Shown: positions 43,039 through 54,380 of the stretch, piece after piece
Layout of the letters: every line of letters begins with the position of its first letter
Position numbering within the stretch: position 1 is the first letter of the stretch
NCBI GenBank assembly: GCA_963710605.1
Contig: CAVQBA010000004.1
Location: forward strand, 384,001 to 448,000
DNA from: an uncultured cyanobacterium
Lineage (GTDB): Bacteria > Cyanobacteriota > Cyanobacteriia > Cyanobacteriales > Cyanobacteriaceae
DNA length: 64,000 bases
Reading direction: 5' to 3'
Notes under the pieces: generated by a model
Told to the model about the DNA's origin: nothing
Seen by the model: the letters and a program-made list of their open reading frames with translations, nothing else
The model's database searches: none
Program-made: the position numbers and the translations under genes

Positions 43039-43683
43039 TTATGTAGAAACCGTTTGTCCTATTTTTGGCTCTGTACCTTCAATAATCCTTTTAATATTAC
43101 TTGTGTGTCGAGAAATAACATAGGCGGCGGCAACTACGGCAAATAATAGGTAAGGAAGAGTCGGGATTAAGAAAAACATCGAAACAGCAACCGAAATAGC
43201 CGCACTAATCGAACTTAAAGAAACTATTTTAGAAATTCCTAAAACGCTGACAAAAACTGCTAAAGTCGATAAACCCAACCAAGGATTAATCGTGAAGAGA
43301 ATACCTAAACTAATCGCCGCTGATTTGCCACCTGAGAAGTTTAACCAAATCGATTTACTATGTCCTAAAAGAGCGAATAAGGCACAACCAACAATTAGCC
43401 AATCAATACCATTTGTCGGTAACAAGTTAGCATCTAGATGAGCGTAACTGAATCTAACTAGATAAATTGCTAATGCCCCTTTAAGCATATCAATCAACAA
43501 TACAGCGATCGCGGCACCTTTACCAACCGTTCTTAATACATTAGTTGCACCCGTTGAGCCAGAACCGTATTGACGAATATCAATACCTTTGAGGGCTAAA
43601 GCTAAAAGATAACCTGTGGGAATTGAACCTAATAAATAGGCGATGACAATTAAACCAATCACAAACAAAACAGAAATATTCAT
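43039..43683 (-). CDS. plsY: Glycerol-3-phosphate acyltransferase
   Basis: YLLGSIP, DIRQYGSGSTGATNVLR, GH, GGKSAA and RHTSNIKRI..GTE. Confidence 0.95.
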   Translation of the reverse strand: MNISVLFVIGLIVIAYLLGSIPTGYLLALALKGIDIRQYGSGSTGATNVLRTVGKGAAIAVLLIDMLKGALAIYLVRFSYAHLDANLLPTNGIDWLIVGCALFALLGHSKSIWLNFSGGKSAAISLGILFTINPWLGLSTLAVFVSVLGISKIVSLSSISAAISVAVSMFFLIPTLPYLLFAVVAAAYVISRHTSNIKRIIEGTEPKIGQTVST

Positions 43684-43864
43684 AGTCTAGGATTAACAAT
43701 TAATAACTAACAATTAATAACTAATAATTAAACTATAGCAGTGTTGGATAGAATTGAGAATACGAAGCCTTAGCCGAAAGCATAAACATAAAACAGACAA
43801 TAACAAGATAGTAAATGTTAAGTTAAAAATAAAATAGATTTGATTTGGTTAGAAGAAGGTTTTT

Positions 43865-45217
43865 ATGGTGAATGTAATTAATAAAGTATCAATGCCTGAA
43901 TGGCAACAAAAATTATTGTGGATATTAAATCCTGTTTCCTATATGGAAAAAGCGGCAGCCGAACATCCTGACATCTTTACCACAACTATTACAGGTTTTA
44001 GCGGTGATTTGGTTTTTGTGAATAATCCTGAAGCCATTGGGCAAATATTAACAAACGATCGACAAACGTTCTTTGCTGATGGTGAATTAAATGGTATTTT
44101 AATCCCCATTGTGGGTAATTCTTCTCTACTTTCATTAGATGGTAAAAAACATAAAAGAGAGCGTAAATTAATGATGCCTTCTTTTCATGGTGAAAGAATG
44201 CACTATTATGGGCAATTAATTAATGAAATTGTCGATCGAGTATTTAGCCAACAAAAAATTGGTTCAGTATTTACCGCTCGTGAAATGATGCAAGATATTT
44301 CCTTACAAGTTATTTTGCAAGTAGTTTTTGGTTTGAATCAAGGAGAAAAATACGATCGTATAGCCCATCTGATTAAAGCACTTTTAGAACCATTTAATCA
44401 ACCGATTAACTTTACTTTTTTAATCTATGAGTGGTTGAGAAAAGATTTAGGAAAATGGAGTCCTTGGGGTCGTTTTTTAAGTATCCAAAGAGAATTAGAC
44501 GAATTAGTATATCAAGAAATTAACGATCGTCGAATGGAAGATAATCACGATCGAGTTGATATGTTATCAATGCTTCTCAACGCCAAAGACGAAAATGGTG
44601 AAGGCATGAGCAATCAGCAATTAAGAGATGAATTAATGCTAATTTTGTTTGCCGGGCATGAAACAACAGCGATCGCTATGACATGGGCTTTATACTGGAC
44701 TCATTATCATCCCGAAGTCAAAAATAAATTATTAGATGAATTAAATAATTTGCCAGATGATCATAAAGATGCGATGACAATTTATAAGCAACCCTATCTC
44801 AGTGCAGTCTGTAACGAAACCTTGAGAATACATCCTGTGGCAATGCTTACCTTTCCTCGTGTAGTTACTAAACCCGTAGAATTACTCGGACATCAATTAT
44901 CTGAAGGTACTATTTTAATGGGCTGTATTTATTTAACCCATCAACGAGAAGATTTGTATCCTAATCCTGATCAATTTCAACCAGAACGATTTTTAGACAA
45001 ACAGTATTCACCTTACGAATTTTTTGCTTTTGGTGGTGGTGTACGTCGTTGTATCGGTGAAGCATTAGCAACTTACGAAATGAAGCTAGTACTCGCTAAA
45101 CTAATCCAAGAATATAACTTAGAATTAGTTGAACACAAAAAAGTTAAACCTCGTCGCCGAGGAGTGGTTTTAACTCCAGAAGGAGGAATCCCAATGATTT
45201 ATCGTGGGAAGAAATAA
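43865..45217 (+). CDS. Cytochrome P450 (CYP110-like)
   Basis: AGHETTA, ETLR, PERF and FGGGVRRCIG. Confidence 0.95.
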   Translation: MVNVINKVSMPEWQQKLLWILNPVSYMEKAAAEHPDIFTTTITGFSGDLVFVNNPEAIGQILTNDRQTFFADGELNGILIPIVGNSSLLSLDGKKHKRERKLMMPSFHGERMHYYGQLINEIVDRVFSQQKIGSVFTAREMMQDISLQVILQVVFGLNQGEKYDRIAHLIKALLEPFNQPINFTFLIYEWLRKDLGKWSPWGRFLSIQRELDELVYQEINDRRMEDNHDRVDMLSMLLNAKDENGEGMSNQQLRDELMLILFAGHETTAIAMTWALYWTHYHPEVKNKLLDELNNLPDDHKDAMTIYKQPYLSAVCNETLRIHPVAMLTFPRVVTKPVELLGHQLSEGTILMGCIYLTHQREDLYPNPDQFQPERFLDKQYSPYEFFAFGGGVRRCIGEALATYEMKLVLAKLIQEYNLELVEHKKVKPRRRGVVLTPEGGIPMIYRGKK

Positions 45218-45497
45218 ATCAGTAATTAGTAATGATTCTTTTAGCTATTCTTAACTGTTAAGGATTTCAACCCTTGATGCTTAATATTATTCTATTTATC
45301 TATATATTGTTATATATATGATGCTTGATTTTGGTCAATTAAATCTCTCTTAAGATAGTTATTAAATAATTTTAATTAAGTTAAAGTTAATCTAATTAGT
45401 TAGTGATCAAATATAGATAAACTCAAATTTAGAGATTGGGTAATTAATCAATTTTGATTAGGCTAGTTAAATAAAAAAATTAGGTATCATTTGTCTC

Positions 45498-46019
45498 ATG
45501 TTTAATAATCTTAATCCTTTTGTTGAAGTTATATTAGCAGGTATAATTTCTTATATTGCGATCGTTTTTATTTTAAGATCATCAGGAAAAAGAACTTTAG
45601 CCAAATGGAATTCTTTTGATTTTATTGTTACCATTGCTTTGGGTTCTATATTTGCAAGTTCTTTAATTTCGACTAAAGATACTTTTGGTAAATCGATCGT
45701 CGCTTTTGCTTTACTTGTCTTTATTCAATATGCTATCACTTGGGTAGCTGTTCGCTCAGATGTGATTCAAAAACTAATCAAAAGTGAGCCTAGTTTATTG
45801 CTGTATCAAGGTAAGATGCAAAAGGATATTATGAAAAAACAAAGAGTAACTGAAGGTGAAATATTAGGAGCAATACGTACTAATGGTGGTTACTCAGTTG
45901 AGGATACAGGTGCAGTTATCTTAGAGACAGATGGTAGTTTTAGTGTAATTGATAAAATTGATCCTAGTGCATCTGCACTAAAAGATGTTAGAGGATACGA
46001 CAGGTTTAATAATCAATAA
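45498..46019 (+). CDS. DUF421 (YetF-like) membrane protein
   Basis: GKRTLAK.NSFDFIV and VILETDGSFSV. Confidence 0.88.
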   Translation: MFNNLNPFVEVILAGIISYIAIVFILRSSGKRTLAKWNSFDFIVTIALGSIFASSLISTKDTFGKSIVAFALLVFIQYAITWVAVRSDVIQKLIKSEPSLLLYQGKMQKDIMKKQRVTEGEILGAIRTNGGYSVEDTGAVILETDGSFSVIDKIDPSASALKDVRGYDRFNNQ

Positions 46020-46084
46020 CTAACGATGGATATCAATTGATACTTCATACTTTATCTTTTATCTTTGTTTATATCGTTCGAGCT

Positions 46085-46483
46085 TTAATTATAATTGACG
46101 GGATAAATCCAACGATATAACCAATGTTTTTTTCCTTGACTACTAATTTTTTGGACTTGTTGAGAAAGGTAATAATGTTGTTTATCAGATAATCTTCCTC
46201 GCAAAATAACTGTACTTTGCCAAACTAAAACCGAAGTGATTAAACCCAAACAAAAACTAATCCCGACAGCCGCTAAAAGATTAAACTCCATTCCGATACG
46301 TATTGCCGCCCATGTACATTGTTCTTGACATAAAGAAATTGTTTCCTTAAATTGCCAGATTGCCCACGGCATAATTAATAACCAACAAATCAAGACTACT
46401 AGCCATCTACCATAAAGATAAAATCGGTAAAGTCTTTTTATTTGTTTTTCGGATACTATTTGTTCGTTAGATTGTTCCTTCAT
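46085..46483 (-). CDS. Conserved cyanobacterial membrane protein
   Basis: YGRWL, TWAAIR and QGKKHWL pattern with two TM segments. Confidence 0.7.
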   Translation of the reverse strand: MKEQSNEQIVSEKQIKRLYRFYLYGRWLVVLICWLLIMPWAIWQFKETISLCQEQCTWAAIRIGMEFNLLAAVGISFCLGLITSVLVWQSTVILRGRLSDKQHYYLSQQVQKISSQGKKHWLYRWIYPVNYN

Positions 46484-46828
46484 AATTTATTAGTGAAGTA
46501 CTTTTACTGACAATAATTGATTAGTTTAATCAATTAAATCAAGAAACGTCAATATCAAATGATTAATCATATTGATTAACAAAATACTCATCTCATAATT
46601 ATCTTAGTCAAATTATTTGTAGCCAACTTCTACTGCAAGATTAATTATAATCATAAAAGCACGATCGTATTCAATCAATCATAATTAGTCAGAGTAAGTG
46701 CTAATTGATTACATTGATAACTTTACCGCTTAATAATTACAGACTAATCTTAAGCGAAAGTATAGACAAATTATTTGAACTTTACTTAAAATGCCGCAAA
46801 GCTAAGTAAAGCAAGAAATATACATTTA

Positions 46829-46902
46829 CGGGACTGACGGGATTCGAACCCGCGACTTCCTACGTGACAGGCAGGCGCTCTAACCATCTGAGCTACAGTC
46901 CC
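46829..46902 (-). tRNA. trnD: tRNA-Asp(GTC)
   Basis: GGGACTGTAGCTCAGATGGTTAGAGCG CCTGC-CTGTCAC-GTAGG AAGTCGCGGGTTCGAATCCCGTCAGTCCCG. Confidence 0.97.
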
Positions 46903-47095
46903 ATTAAGCTGACATATACTATGCTAACGAACCAATTATAAAAAGTCAAGCATAATAGTAAATTTTTCTTGAATTTATTTATAAGTAGGAAAAATAAACA
47001 AACCCTGACTTTAGATTTTTGCAGAATCATGTGTTTGTGACGCTTAGCAGTTAAAATAAGCATTTAGTCCTATCTTCGATATAAAAATTAACAAT

Positions 47096-48299
47096 ATGAG
47101 TCGTGCTAATAAAGTAGTTTTAGCTTATTCTGGGGGTGTTGATACCTCTGTCTGTATTCCTTATTTAAAAAATGAATGGGGGGTAAAGGAAGTGATTACC
47201 CTCGCCGCTGATTTGGGGCAAGGAGAGGAATTAGGTCCGATTAAAGCCAAGGCTTTAGATTGCGGTGCAGTAGAGTCTTTGGTAGAAGATGCTACAGAAG
47301 AGTTTGTCACTGATTATGCTTTCCCGGCGATTAAAGCAAATGCTTTATACGAAAATCGTTATCCATTATCTACGGCTTTGGCTCGTCCTTTAATTACTAA
47401 GTTATTAGTTAGAGCGGCGGAAAAATATGGTGCTGATGCAGTTGCTCATGGTTGTACTGGTAAAGGAAATGACCAAGTTCGTTTTGATTTAGGTATTACT
47501 GCCCAAAATCCGAATATTAAAATTTTAGCCCCTGCAAGAGAATGGGGTATGAGTCGTGAGGAAGCTATTTCTTATGGCGAAAAGTTTGGCATTGAAGCCC
47601 CTGTCAAAAAGTCTTCACCTTTTAGCATCGATCGTAATTTACTCGGACGTAGTATAGAAGCAGGTTCCGTTAGAAGATCCGATGACAGAGCCTCCTGAGG
47701 AGATTTACGCTTTAACTAAGTCGGTTGAAGATGCTCCGAATGAACCTCAATATGTAGAAATAACTTTTGAAAAAGGTTCTCCTGTAGCTGTCGATGGAGA
47801 AGGTTTATCTCCTGTGGCTTTGATTACTAAAATTAATGAAATTGCTGGTAATCACGGTGTGGGTAGAATTGATACGATCGAAAATAGAGTAGTAGGTATC
47901 AAATCTAGAGAGATTTACGAAGCACCTGCTTTATTAGTTTTAGTTAAAGCGCATGAAGATTTAGAGGCTTTGACTTTAACTAGCGATGTTACTCATTATA
48001 AAAGAGCTCATGTTGATGAAATGTATAGCCGTTTGATTTATGACGGTTTGTGGTTTAATCCTTTAAAAAGTGCTTTGGATGCTTTTATCAACGAAACACA
48101 AGAGCGTGTAAGCGGTACTGTAAGAATTAAATTCTTGAAAGGTAATGCTACGATCGTTGGTAGAAGATCAGATTATTCTCTTTATAGCCCTGATTTATCT
48201 ACTTATGGTGCAGACGATAAATTTGATCACAAAGCCGCTGAAGGATTTATTTACGTCTGGGGATTATCTACCAGAGTTTGGGCAGAAAAAAATAAATAA
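47096..48299 (+). CDS. argG: Argininosuccinate synthase, frameshifted near 47665
   Basis: [23 protein letters not shown] and [12 protein letters not shown] in ORF1; [14 protein letters not shown] in ORF2. Confidence 0.95.
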
Positions 48300-48365
48300 G
48301 AATTTCTAATTTTTGTTTTCTTTTGAGCAATATATTATCTGCTTAATCAATAAAATGACTCTTCT

Positions 48366-48398
48366 TCCCCCATCTATAATGTAGGTGGGGGATTTTTG
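48366..48398 (+). terminator. Intrinsic terminator after argG
   Basis: TCCCCCATCTATA..GTAGGTGGGGGA followed by TTTTT. Confidence 0.65.
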
Positions 48399-48471
48399 CT
48401 GATTTGTATAATAGAAAAGACAAAGCCTACCTTGTCTAAGAGAGTGAATATTTGAATTTTTATTTTTTTTC

Positions 48472-49086
48472 ATGAGTAAAAAATATACTTATATTTTGTT
48501 TTACAAACCATATAATGTTCTTTGTCAGTTTACTGATGAAAGTATTCATACAAACGATCGACAAACGTTAAAAGATTATATTTTAATTCCTAATGTTTAT
48601 TCAGTGGGCAGACTCGATTTAGACAGCGAGGGTTTATTACTTTTAACTGACAACCCACGGGTAAAACATCATCTTTGTGAACCGAGTTTTGCTCATCCAC
48701 GAACTTATTTAGCTCAAGTCGAAAATATACCTACTAGTATTGCTTTAAAACAGCTAGAAAAAGGAATAATGATTAAGGGTAAAAAAACAAAAAAAGCAAT
48801 TGCTAAATTACTGGTTTCTCCTCCTGACTTTCCTTCTAGAAATCCGCCGATAAGAGAGCGAAAACATATTCCTACCGCATGGATAGAATTAACTCTCACC
48901 GAAGGAAGAAATCGTCAAGTAAGAAAAATGACGGCGGCAGTAGGTAATCCCACTTTAAGACTGATAAGAACTAAAATCGGTGTATCTTCATCTTCACAGT
49001 TAGAATTAACTTTAGCTGGTTTATCCGTCGGGCAATGGCGGTATTTAACACAGATTGAACAAACACAGTTAGAAAAATTAGTCTAA
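48472..49086 (+). CDS. rluE: RsuA-family rRNA pseudouridine synthase (RluE-like)
   Basis: [26 protein letters not shown] and [12 protein letters not shown]. Confidence 0.85.
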   Translation: MSKKYTYILFYKPYNVLCQFTDESIHTNDRQTLKDYILIPNVYSVGRLDLDSEGLLLLTDNPRVKHHLCEPSFAHPRTYLAQVENIPTSIALKQLEKGIMIKGKKTKKAIAKLLVSPPDFPSRNPPIRERKHIPTAWIELTLTEGRNRQVRKMTAAVGNPTLRLIRTKIGVSSSSQLELTLAGLSVGQWRYLTQIEQTQLEKLV

Positions 49087-49165
49087 GCTATTTAACTTTT
49101 AAAAGGAAGGAAAAAAGATCGCTCAGGTTTTAACTAACTAACTCACTCACTGCTATATTATTAAA

Positions 49166-50203
49166 TTATTGACGATCGAGAATACTAGCTACAATTCGAT
49201 ACTCCCAACAAAAAATTGAATAACCATAACCCAAATTTTCCACAGTTTTTATTTGTTTTTCTACTTCCTCTACGGGGAAAAAACCTGCCCAATTACCTGT
49301 ATAAATACCGATCGCTACAGGTATATTCGATGGTAAACTCTCAAGACGAGAAGAATTAATTGAATCAGTAAGTTGTGCGGTAGTCGGGCGATATATTTGA
49401 ATAACTACCTCATCTAGATAACCTTTTTTTGCCCAACCTAACCAATCTTGATTGTATTTTTTTAAGGAAAAACCATAAGGATTAGGAGAAAGACTCAACT
49501 CCATCTCAGGGTTTATTTGTTTAATCCGCTGAGATACTTTACCAGTTAAATCAGTCATGGCTTGGGTTTTATTCCCAAACTGAATCGGCACAGCCCAATG
49601 GTCATCTAACTGAATACCTGCTAAGTTTTTATATTGGGCTACCTCGGTGATAATGTTTAAAATGTATTCTTGTACCTGTGGATGTTCAGGATTTAACCAG
49701 ACAAAATTATTGATAATAGTTTCACCATCATTGGTTTTTAATAACCATTCAGGATTATCTACTGCAATCTGGTTACTCGGATTAAGCATTAAACCATACT
49801 CTAACCAAGCATATATTTTCAAATTCTGTCTTCTACCTTCAAATTCTACGGCTTTTAAAACATCTGTAAAAGGAGGTAAAAATAAAGGATGACTTGTAAC
49901 TGTAGTTGAAGGATAAATTGTCCCTGTTAGTCCGTAAGTGCTAATGTATATTTGATTGTATCCAGATTTAGCTAGATGATGAAAAACATTATCTAAAGTA
50001 AAAGTATGATGAAAAACAGAAGCCCCGACATTTGTCATCCAAACGCCTCTGATAGTTTGCTCTTGATTTTGGTTGTTACTTTTAAAACTCGGTGCAGGGC
50101 GTAAAAGTAAATACAAGAGAAACAGAATTATTAGAATACCTACTTTTTTAGTTGTAGATAATAGTTTTGCTAATTGTAGTTTTGACATCATTATATATAG
50201 CAT
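49166..50203 (-). CDS. Glycoside hydrolase-like 10 (DUF187) protein
   Basis: IRGVWMT, AWLEYG, WLNPEHPQVQ, GIQLDDH and QDW..W. Confidence 0.85.
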   Translation of the reverse strand: MLYIMMSKLQLAKLLSTTKKVGILIILFLLYLLLRPAPSFKSNNQNQEQTIRGVWMTNVGASVFHHTFTLDNVFHHLAKSGYNQIYISTYGLTGTIYPSTTVTSHPLFLPPFTDVLKAVEFEGRRQNLKIYAWLEYGLMLNPSNQIAVDNPEWLLKTNDGETIINNFVWLNPEHPQVQEYILNIITEVAQYKNLAGIQLDDHWAVPIQFGNKTQAMTDLTGKVSQRIKQINPEMELSLSPNPYGFSLKKYNQDWLGWAKKGYLDEVVIQIYRPTTAQLTDSINSSRLESLPSNIPVAIGIYTGNWAGFFPVEEVEKQIKTVENLGYGYSIFCWEYRIVASILDRQ

Positions 50204-50426
50204 AAATACAAGTAAATACTTAAAAAGACATTCTCTCTCCCTTTAAATATAGACACACAAAAATCCATTCCTCTGCTTACTCAGCGTCCTCTGCGGTTGA
50301 TTAAAATATAATTATAAATATCCCAACCAACCCATTAGTAACCCATCGTTATAAATGTTGGGTTTCGTTATCTCAACCCAACCTACGGCTATATTTAATT
50401 CTCAATTCTCAATTCTCAATTCTCCA

Positions 50427-51878
50427 TTAATCTAAATCGCTTTCCATAATCATTGTTGTTGCTTTAGCTATACTCGCTTTAAATTCAGACACATTTACTT
50501 TATTTAAAAGTATTAATGCACCAACGATACAAGATGCTTCACAGATAAAAACGAAACTGTAAGCTAACCAAGCATTATTAAACAAAAATCGAGCCAAGTC
50601 TAATAATGCACCTCCTAAAGCGATCGCAATTCCTCTTGACATAGATTGAGCTAAACCCCACGCCCCAACAAATGTACCTGCGGTTTCAGCGGCAGTTAAA
50701 TCTAACATCAAACTAATAGAGGCGACAGTAACGATACCTGCGGCGATACCAAATATTACCATTGCCCCTTTAAGCATTGAAGGTTGAGCAGTTAAACCTG
50801 CTAGAATAATTAAACTAAAAGATAAACCGACTAAAATACAACCAAGTCGAGCGGTGTTGTTTTTGCCTAAACGAGGTACAACAAAAAAGCCTGTGGTGCT
50901 ATAACCGATTAGAATACCAATCCCCCAAAATGAATTAAGTAAAGTTGTATCGCCAATTTCCATGCCGAAAACTTCCGCCCCATAAGGCTCTAAAACTGCT
51001 TCTTGCATAAACAAACTCAGACTAATCATCACCAGAAAAAAGAAAAAGATTCCTGTTTGTCGAGAAGAAGTAAGAATTTTTAAGGCTTTTTTCAAATTCA
51101 TGGCTTCTTCACGATCGGCTAAACTAGAACGAAGATGATAACGAGAATATTTTTTCTCCACTCCCCAAGTCGCAATCAAGGTTAAGATAAAAACAATGAT
51201 TGGTACTGTAATAAATATAGAATTAATTGGTGGGATTAATACTTCTAGAGGAATCGCTTCGCCTTCTACTGGAGCAAGATTATCAAGTAATACTTTACCT
51301 GTAATACCACCTATAACGATTCCTACCATCAACATTGACCAAATAGTCGCCACAATTTTGGAACGATCGTTTTCATCGGAAACATCAACTAACAAAGCTG
51401 TAAACGGTGTTGAACAAGCACCTGTAGCGATACCTTGAATAATGAAGACTATGGCTAAAACGATCGTCATCGTCACCGTAAATGTATTTAACTGCCAACC
51501 ATTATTCGCCTCTATATTCTTACCAATTAACCAAATAATTTGTGTTGCTGTAAAAATTGCAATTCCTAAAACCACAATCCCACTACGAATATAACCCGTA
51601 CGATGTAAACCAAATAATTTTTTACTATCAGATAGTTGCCCTAACCAAATACGAGTTGGTGAAATTAATTGCGAAATAGATAATACTCCTGCCACAATTG
51701 TTGCCGGGATAGCCAACTCAGCAATCATGACACGGTTAAGTACAGCTAAAATTAAAACCGAAATTAAGCCAATACCTAGATTAAATAAACCAAGTCTTAA
51801 TGTGGTGATGCTACTAACTCTAGGCATTTTGCTTGAAACTGATGATGATGAAAGAGAATTTTGATTATTAGTTGTCAT
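50427..51878 (-). CDS. BCD/PucC family MFS transporter
   Basis: RLGLF, LNRVMI.EL, RTGYI, QEAVLEPYG and GTFVGAWGLAQ. Confidence 0.9.
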   Translation of the reverse strand: MTTNNQNSLSSSSVSSKMPRVSSITTLRLGLFNLGIGLISVLILAVLNRVMIAELAIPATIVAGVLSISQLISPTRIWLGQLSDSKKLFGLHRTGYIRSGIVVLGIAIFTATQIIWLIGKNIEANNGWQLNTFTVTMTIVLAIVFIIQGIATGACSTPFTALLVDVSDENDRSKIVATIWSMLMVGIVIGGITGKVLLDNLAPVEGEAIPLEVLIPPINSIFITVPIIVFILTLIATWGVEKKYSRYHLRSSLADREEAMNLKKALKILTSSRQTGIFFFFLVMISLSLFMQEAVLEPYGAEVFGMEIGDTTLLNSFWGIGILIGYSTTGFFVVPRLGKNNTARLGCILVGLSFSLIILAGLTAQPSMLKGAMVIFGIAAGIVTVASISLMLDLTAAETAGTFVGAWGLAQSMSRGIAIALGGALLDLARFLFNNAWLAYSFVFICEASCIVGALILLNKVNVSEFKASIAKATTMIMESDLD

Positions 51879-52309
51879 GGTTGAGAGTTAATAGTTAATA
51901 GTTAAGAGTTAATAGTGAGACACCATAAATCGTAATTTGAACATTTATTATTTTTCATCCTTTTTTCTTTATCCTTTATTATCAATTATTTTACCGAAGG
52001 ATACTGAGATAACTTTCAATTTGGTTTGCTTTTAGGTTACAAAAAATCTCCAATTGTTAAGAAAATATTACAATTTTAATAAATCTCAATATAAATATAG
52101 TCACTTTTATTGTCGAAAAAAGCTGATTAAAAAATCGATAAGGTATTGATCGATACAGGTGAATGGGAAGTTCAGCAATTAACTATAGATAATCAATTAT
52201 TGTTTTTTATCGATCGATAATTAAATCTCTATGAATAAAGATTATTCGCTCGTCAGGTTATAATGACCTTAATATTAATTTTTTTTAAGATATAACTGAA
52301 TTATAAAAG

Positions 52310-54001
52310 GTGACTTATTCTAACTTCAATTCTAATACACGAGATGGTGAACCTTTAAGAACATATTCTGCACAATCGATCGCTCGCTATTATGGTCGTC
52401 GTCCTTGGTTAGTAATCTGGCGAGGTTTAAGAATCTTGTTAATGCTAGGTACTTTTGCGGCAAAATTAAAACTCGATCAATGGTTCAATTTAGAAGAGCA
52501 AAACAGATTTAAAAGAGCAAGACAAATCAGGAAAATTTTAACTAAATTAGGACCAACATTTATTAAAGTAGGTCAAGCACTTTCGACACGTCCTGATTTG
52601 ATTCGGAAAGATTTTTTAGTCGAATTAATTAAATTACAAGATCAGTTACCTCCTTTTGATACCAGAATTGCTTTAGGTATTATCGAAAAGCAATTAAAAT
52701 TAACGGTAAAAGAAGCATTTAAAGAAATATCCGCTCTTCCTGTTGCCGCCGCTAGTCTAGGGCAAGTGTATAAAGGAGTTTTACATACAGGAGAAGAAGT
52801 AGCAATTAAAGTTCAACGTCCTAATTTATTACCTGTTATTACTTTAGATTTATATTTAATGCGTTGGGCGGCTCTTAATTTTGGTAAGTTTTTACCGCTT
52901 AATTTAGGTCACGATTTAGATTTAATTGTGGATGAATTTGGGACTAAGTTATTTGAAGAAATAGACTATGTTAATGAAGGTAGAAATGCTGAAAAATTTG
53001 CGGCTAATTTTCGTAATGATCCCCAAGTTAAAGTACCCTCAATTTATTGGGCATATAGTAGTCTAAATGTCTTGACTTTAGAGTGGATTAATGGTTATAA
53101 ATTAAATGATTTAGATAAAATTAGAGCCGCTGGTTTAGATATTGATCATATAGTTAGAATAGGTGTTACTTCTGGTTTAAAACAGTTATTGGAATATGGA
53201 TTTTTTCATGCTGACCCTCATCCGGGTAATTTGTTCGCTACCCCAGATGGCAGAATGGCTTATATCGATTTTGGCATGATGGATCAGTTAGATGAGGTGA
53301 CCAAAGAAACGATCGCTTCTTCTGTAGTTCAATTAATAAATAACGATTATGAGACCTTAGCTCACGATTTTGTTAAATTGGGGTTCTTAACTCCTGATAC
53401 AGATATAATACCTATAATACCTGCCTTAGAAATGGTTTTTGCTAACGTCGTGGGGCAAAGTGTTGGTAATTTTAATTTCAAAACGATTACCGATGAATTT
53501 TCTGAGTTGATGTATGAATATCCTTTCCGTGTACCAGCTAAATTTGCTTTGATTATTCGTTCACTGGTAACTCAAGAAGGTTTAGCTTTAAGTTTGAATC
53601 CTGATTTTCGGATTGTTGAGGTTTCTTTCCCTTACATTTCTCGTCGCTTGTTAACTGAAGAGTCTCCTGCAATGCGTAAACGTTTAATTGAAGTGTTATT
53701 TAAAGACGGCAAGTTTCAGTGGCAAAGGTTAGAAAATATGATTGAAATAGCCAGAGACGATCGACAATTCGATCTTTTACCGACCGCAGGTTTAGGTTTA
53801 CAATATTTAGTTTCTGATGAGGGTAAGTATCTACGTCAACAGTTAATTTATGCTTTAATTGAAGACGATCGATTACATACTACTGAAGTTAGAAGATTAT
53901 GGACATTACTTCAACCTGAATTTAAACCTGAAAAAATTTGGGATGCGGCAATACTGGCATGGCAACAATTTTCTAATAACGAAACCGTAGTTACACGTTA
54001 A
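52310..54001 (+). CDS. AarF/UbiB/ABC1 kinase
   Basis: LGPTFIKVGQALSTRPD, AAASLGQVY, VAIKVQRP, FFHADPHPGN and IDFGM. Confidence 0.93.
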   Translation: MTYSNFNSNTRDGEPLRTYSAQSIARYYGRRPWLVIWRGLRILLMLGTFAAKLKLDQWFNLEEQNRFKRARQIRKILTKLGPTFIKVGQALSTRPDLIRKDFLVELIKLQDQLPPFDTRIALGIIEKQLKLTVKEAFKEISALPVAAASLGQVYKGVLHTGEEVAIKVQRPNLLPVITLDLYLMRWAALNFGKFLPLNLGHDLDLIVDEFGTKLFEEIDYVNEGRNAEKFAANFRNDPQVKVPSIYWAYSSLNVLTLEWINGYKLNDLDKIRAAGLDIDHIVRIGVTSGLKQLLEYGFFHADPHPGNLFATPDGRMAYIDFGMMDQLDEVTKETIASSVVQLINNDYETLAHDFVKLGFLTPDTDIIPIIPALEMVFANVVGQSVGNFNFKTITDEFSELMYEYPFRVPAKFALIIRSLVTQEGLALSLNPDFRIVEVSFPYISRRLLTEESPAMRKRLIEVLFKDGKFQWQRLENMIEIARDDRQFDLLPTAGLGLQYLVSDEGKYLRQQLIYALIEDDRLHTTEVRRLWTLLQPEFKPEKIWDAAILAWQQFSNNETVVTR

Positions 54002-54159
54002 ATTAGCAGTTATAAATAATATCAATTAAAGATGTGGAGATAAGGTATGTCTTGTCTCTATCTACTACTATAGCAGTAGCCATAACAGTTAAAACAAATG
54101 TAAAAGCTCAAACTATTAATATATAAGCATTTTACCTTTGCCCTTTGCACGAGTGCCCT

Positions 54160-54325
54160 TTGCCCTTTGCTATAATGTGTAATAGTTAATTGTTCAAAGG
54201 TTAAACCATCGCTCAAAGCAAAAGAATCTTTTTTATTCTTAAAATCCTCGATCGTATCGGTCAAAAAACTATAAATAATACTCGCCACAGTTTTGTCGTC
54301 TGCAAACCCAATAACAAATCAGCAT
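54160..54325 (-). pseudogene. Remnant of an RTX/hemolysin-type calcium-binding protein C-terminus
   Basis: FVIGFADD...DTIEDF....DSFALSDGLTFEQLTI; no credible start, runs into CCTTTGC repeats. Confidence 0.55.
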
Positions 54326-54380
54326 TTAAAACGTAGAGACAAGGCACGCCTTGTCTTCATTAGTCTCTAATAACCAATTA

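Noticed and set aside
46500-46828. Second island at tRNA-Asp
   Set aside because: No duplicated tRNA 3' end or integrase; only weak AT-rich repeats
47600-47720. Programmed frameshift or split gene in argG, and similarly pepP and hslO
   Set aside because: No slippery site or stimulatory structure seen; part of the window-wide indel pattern
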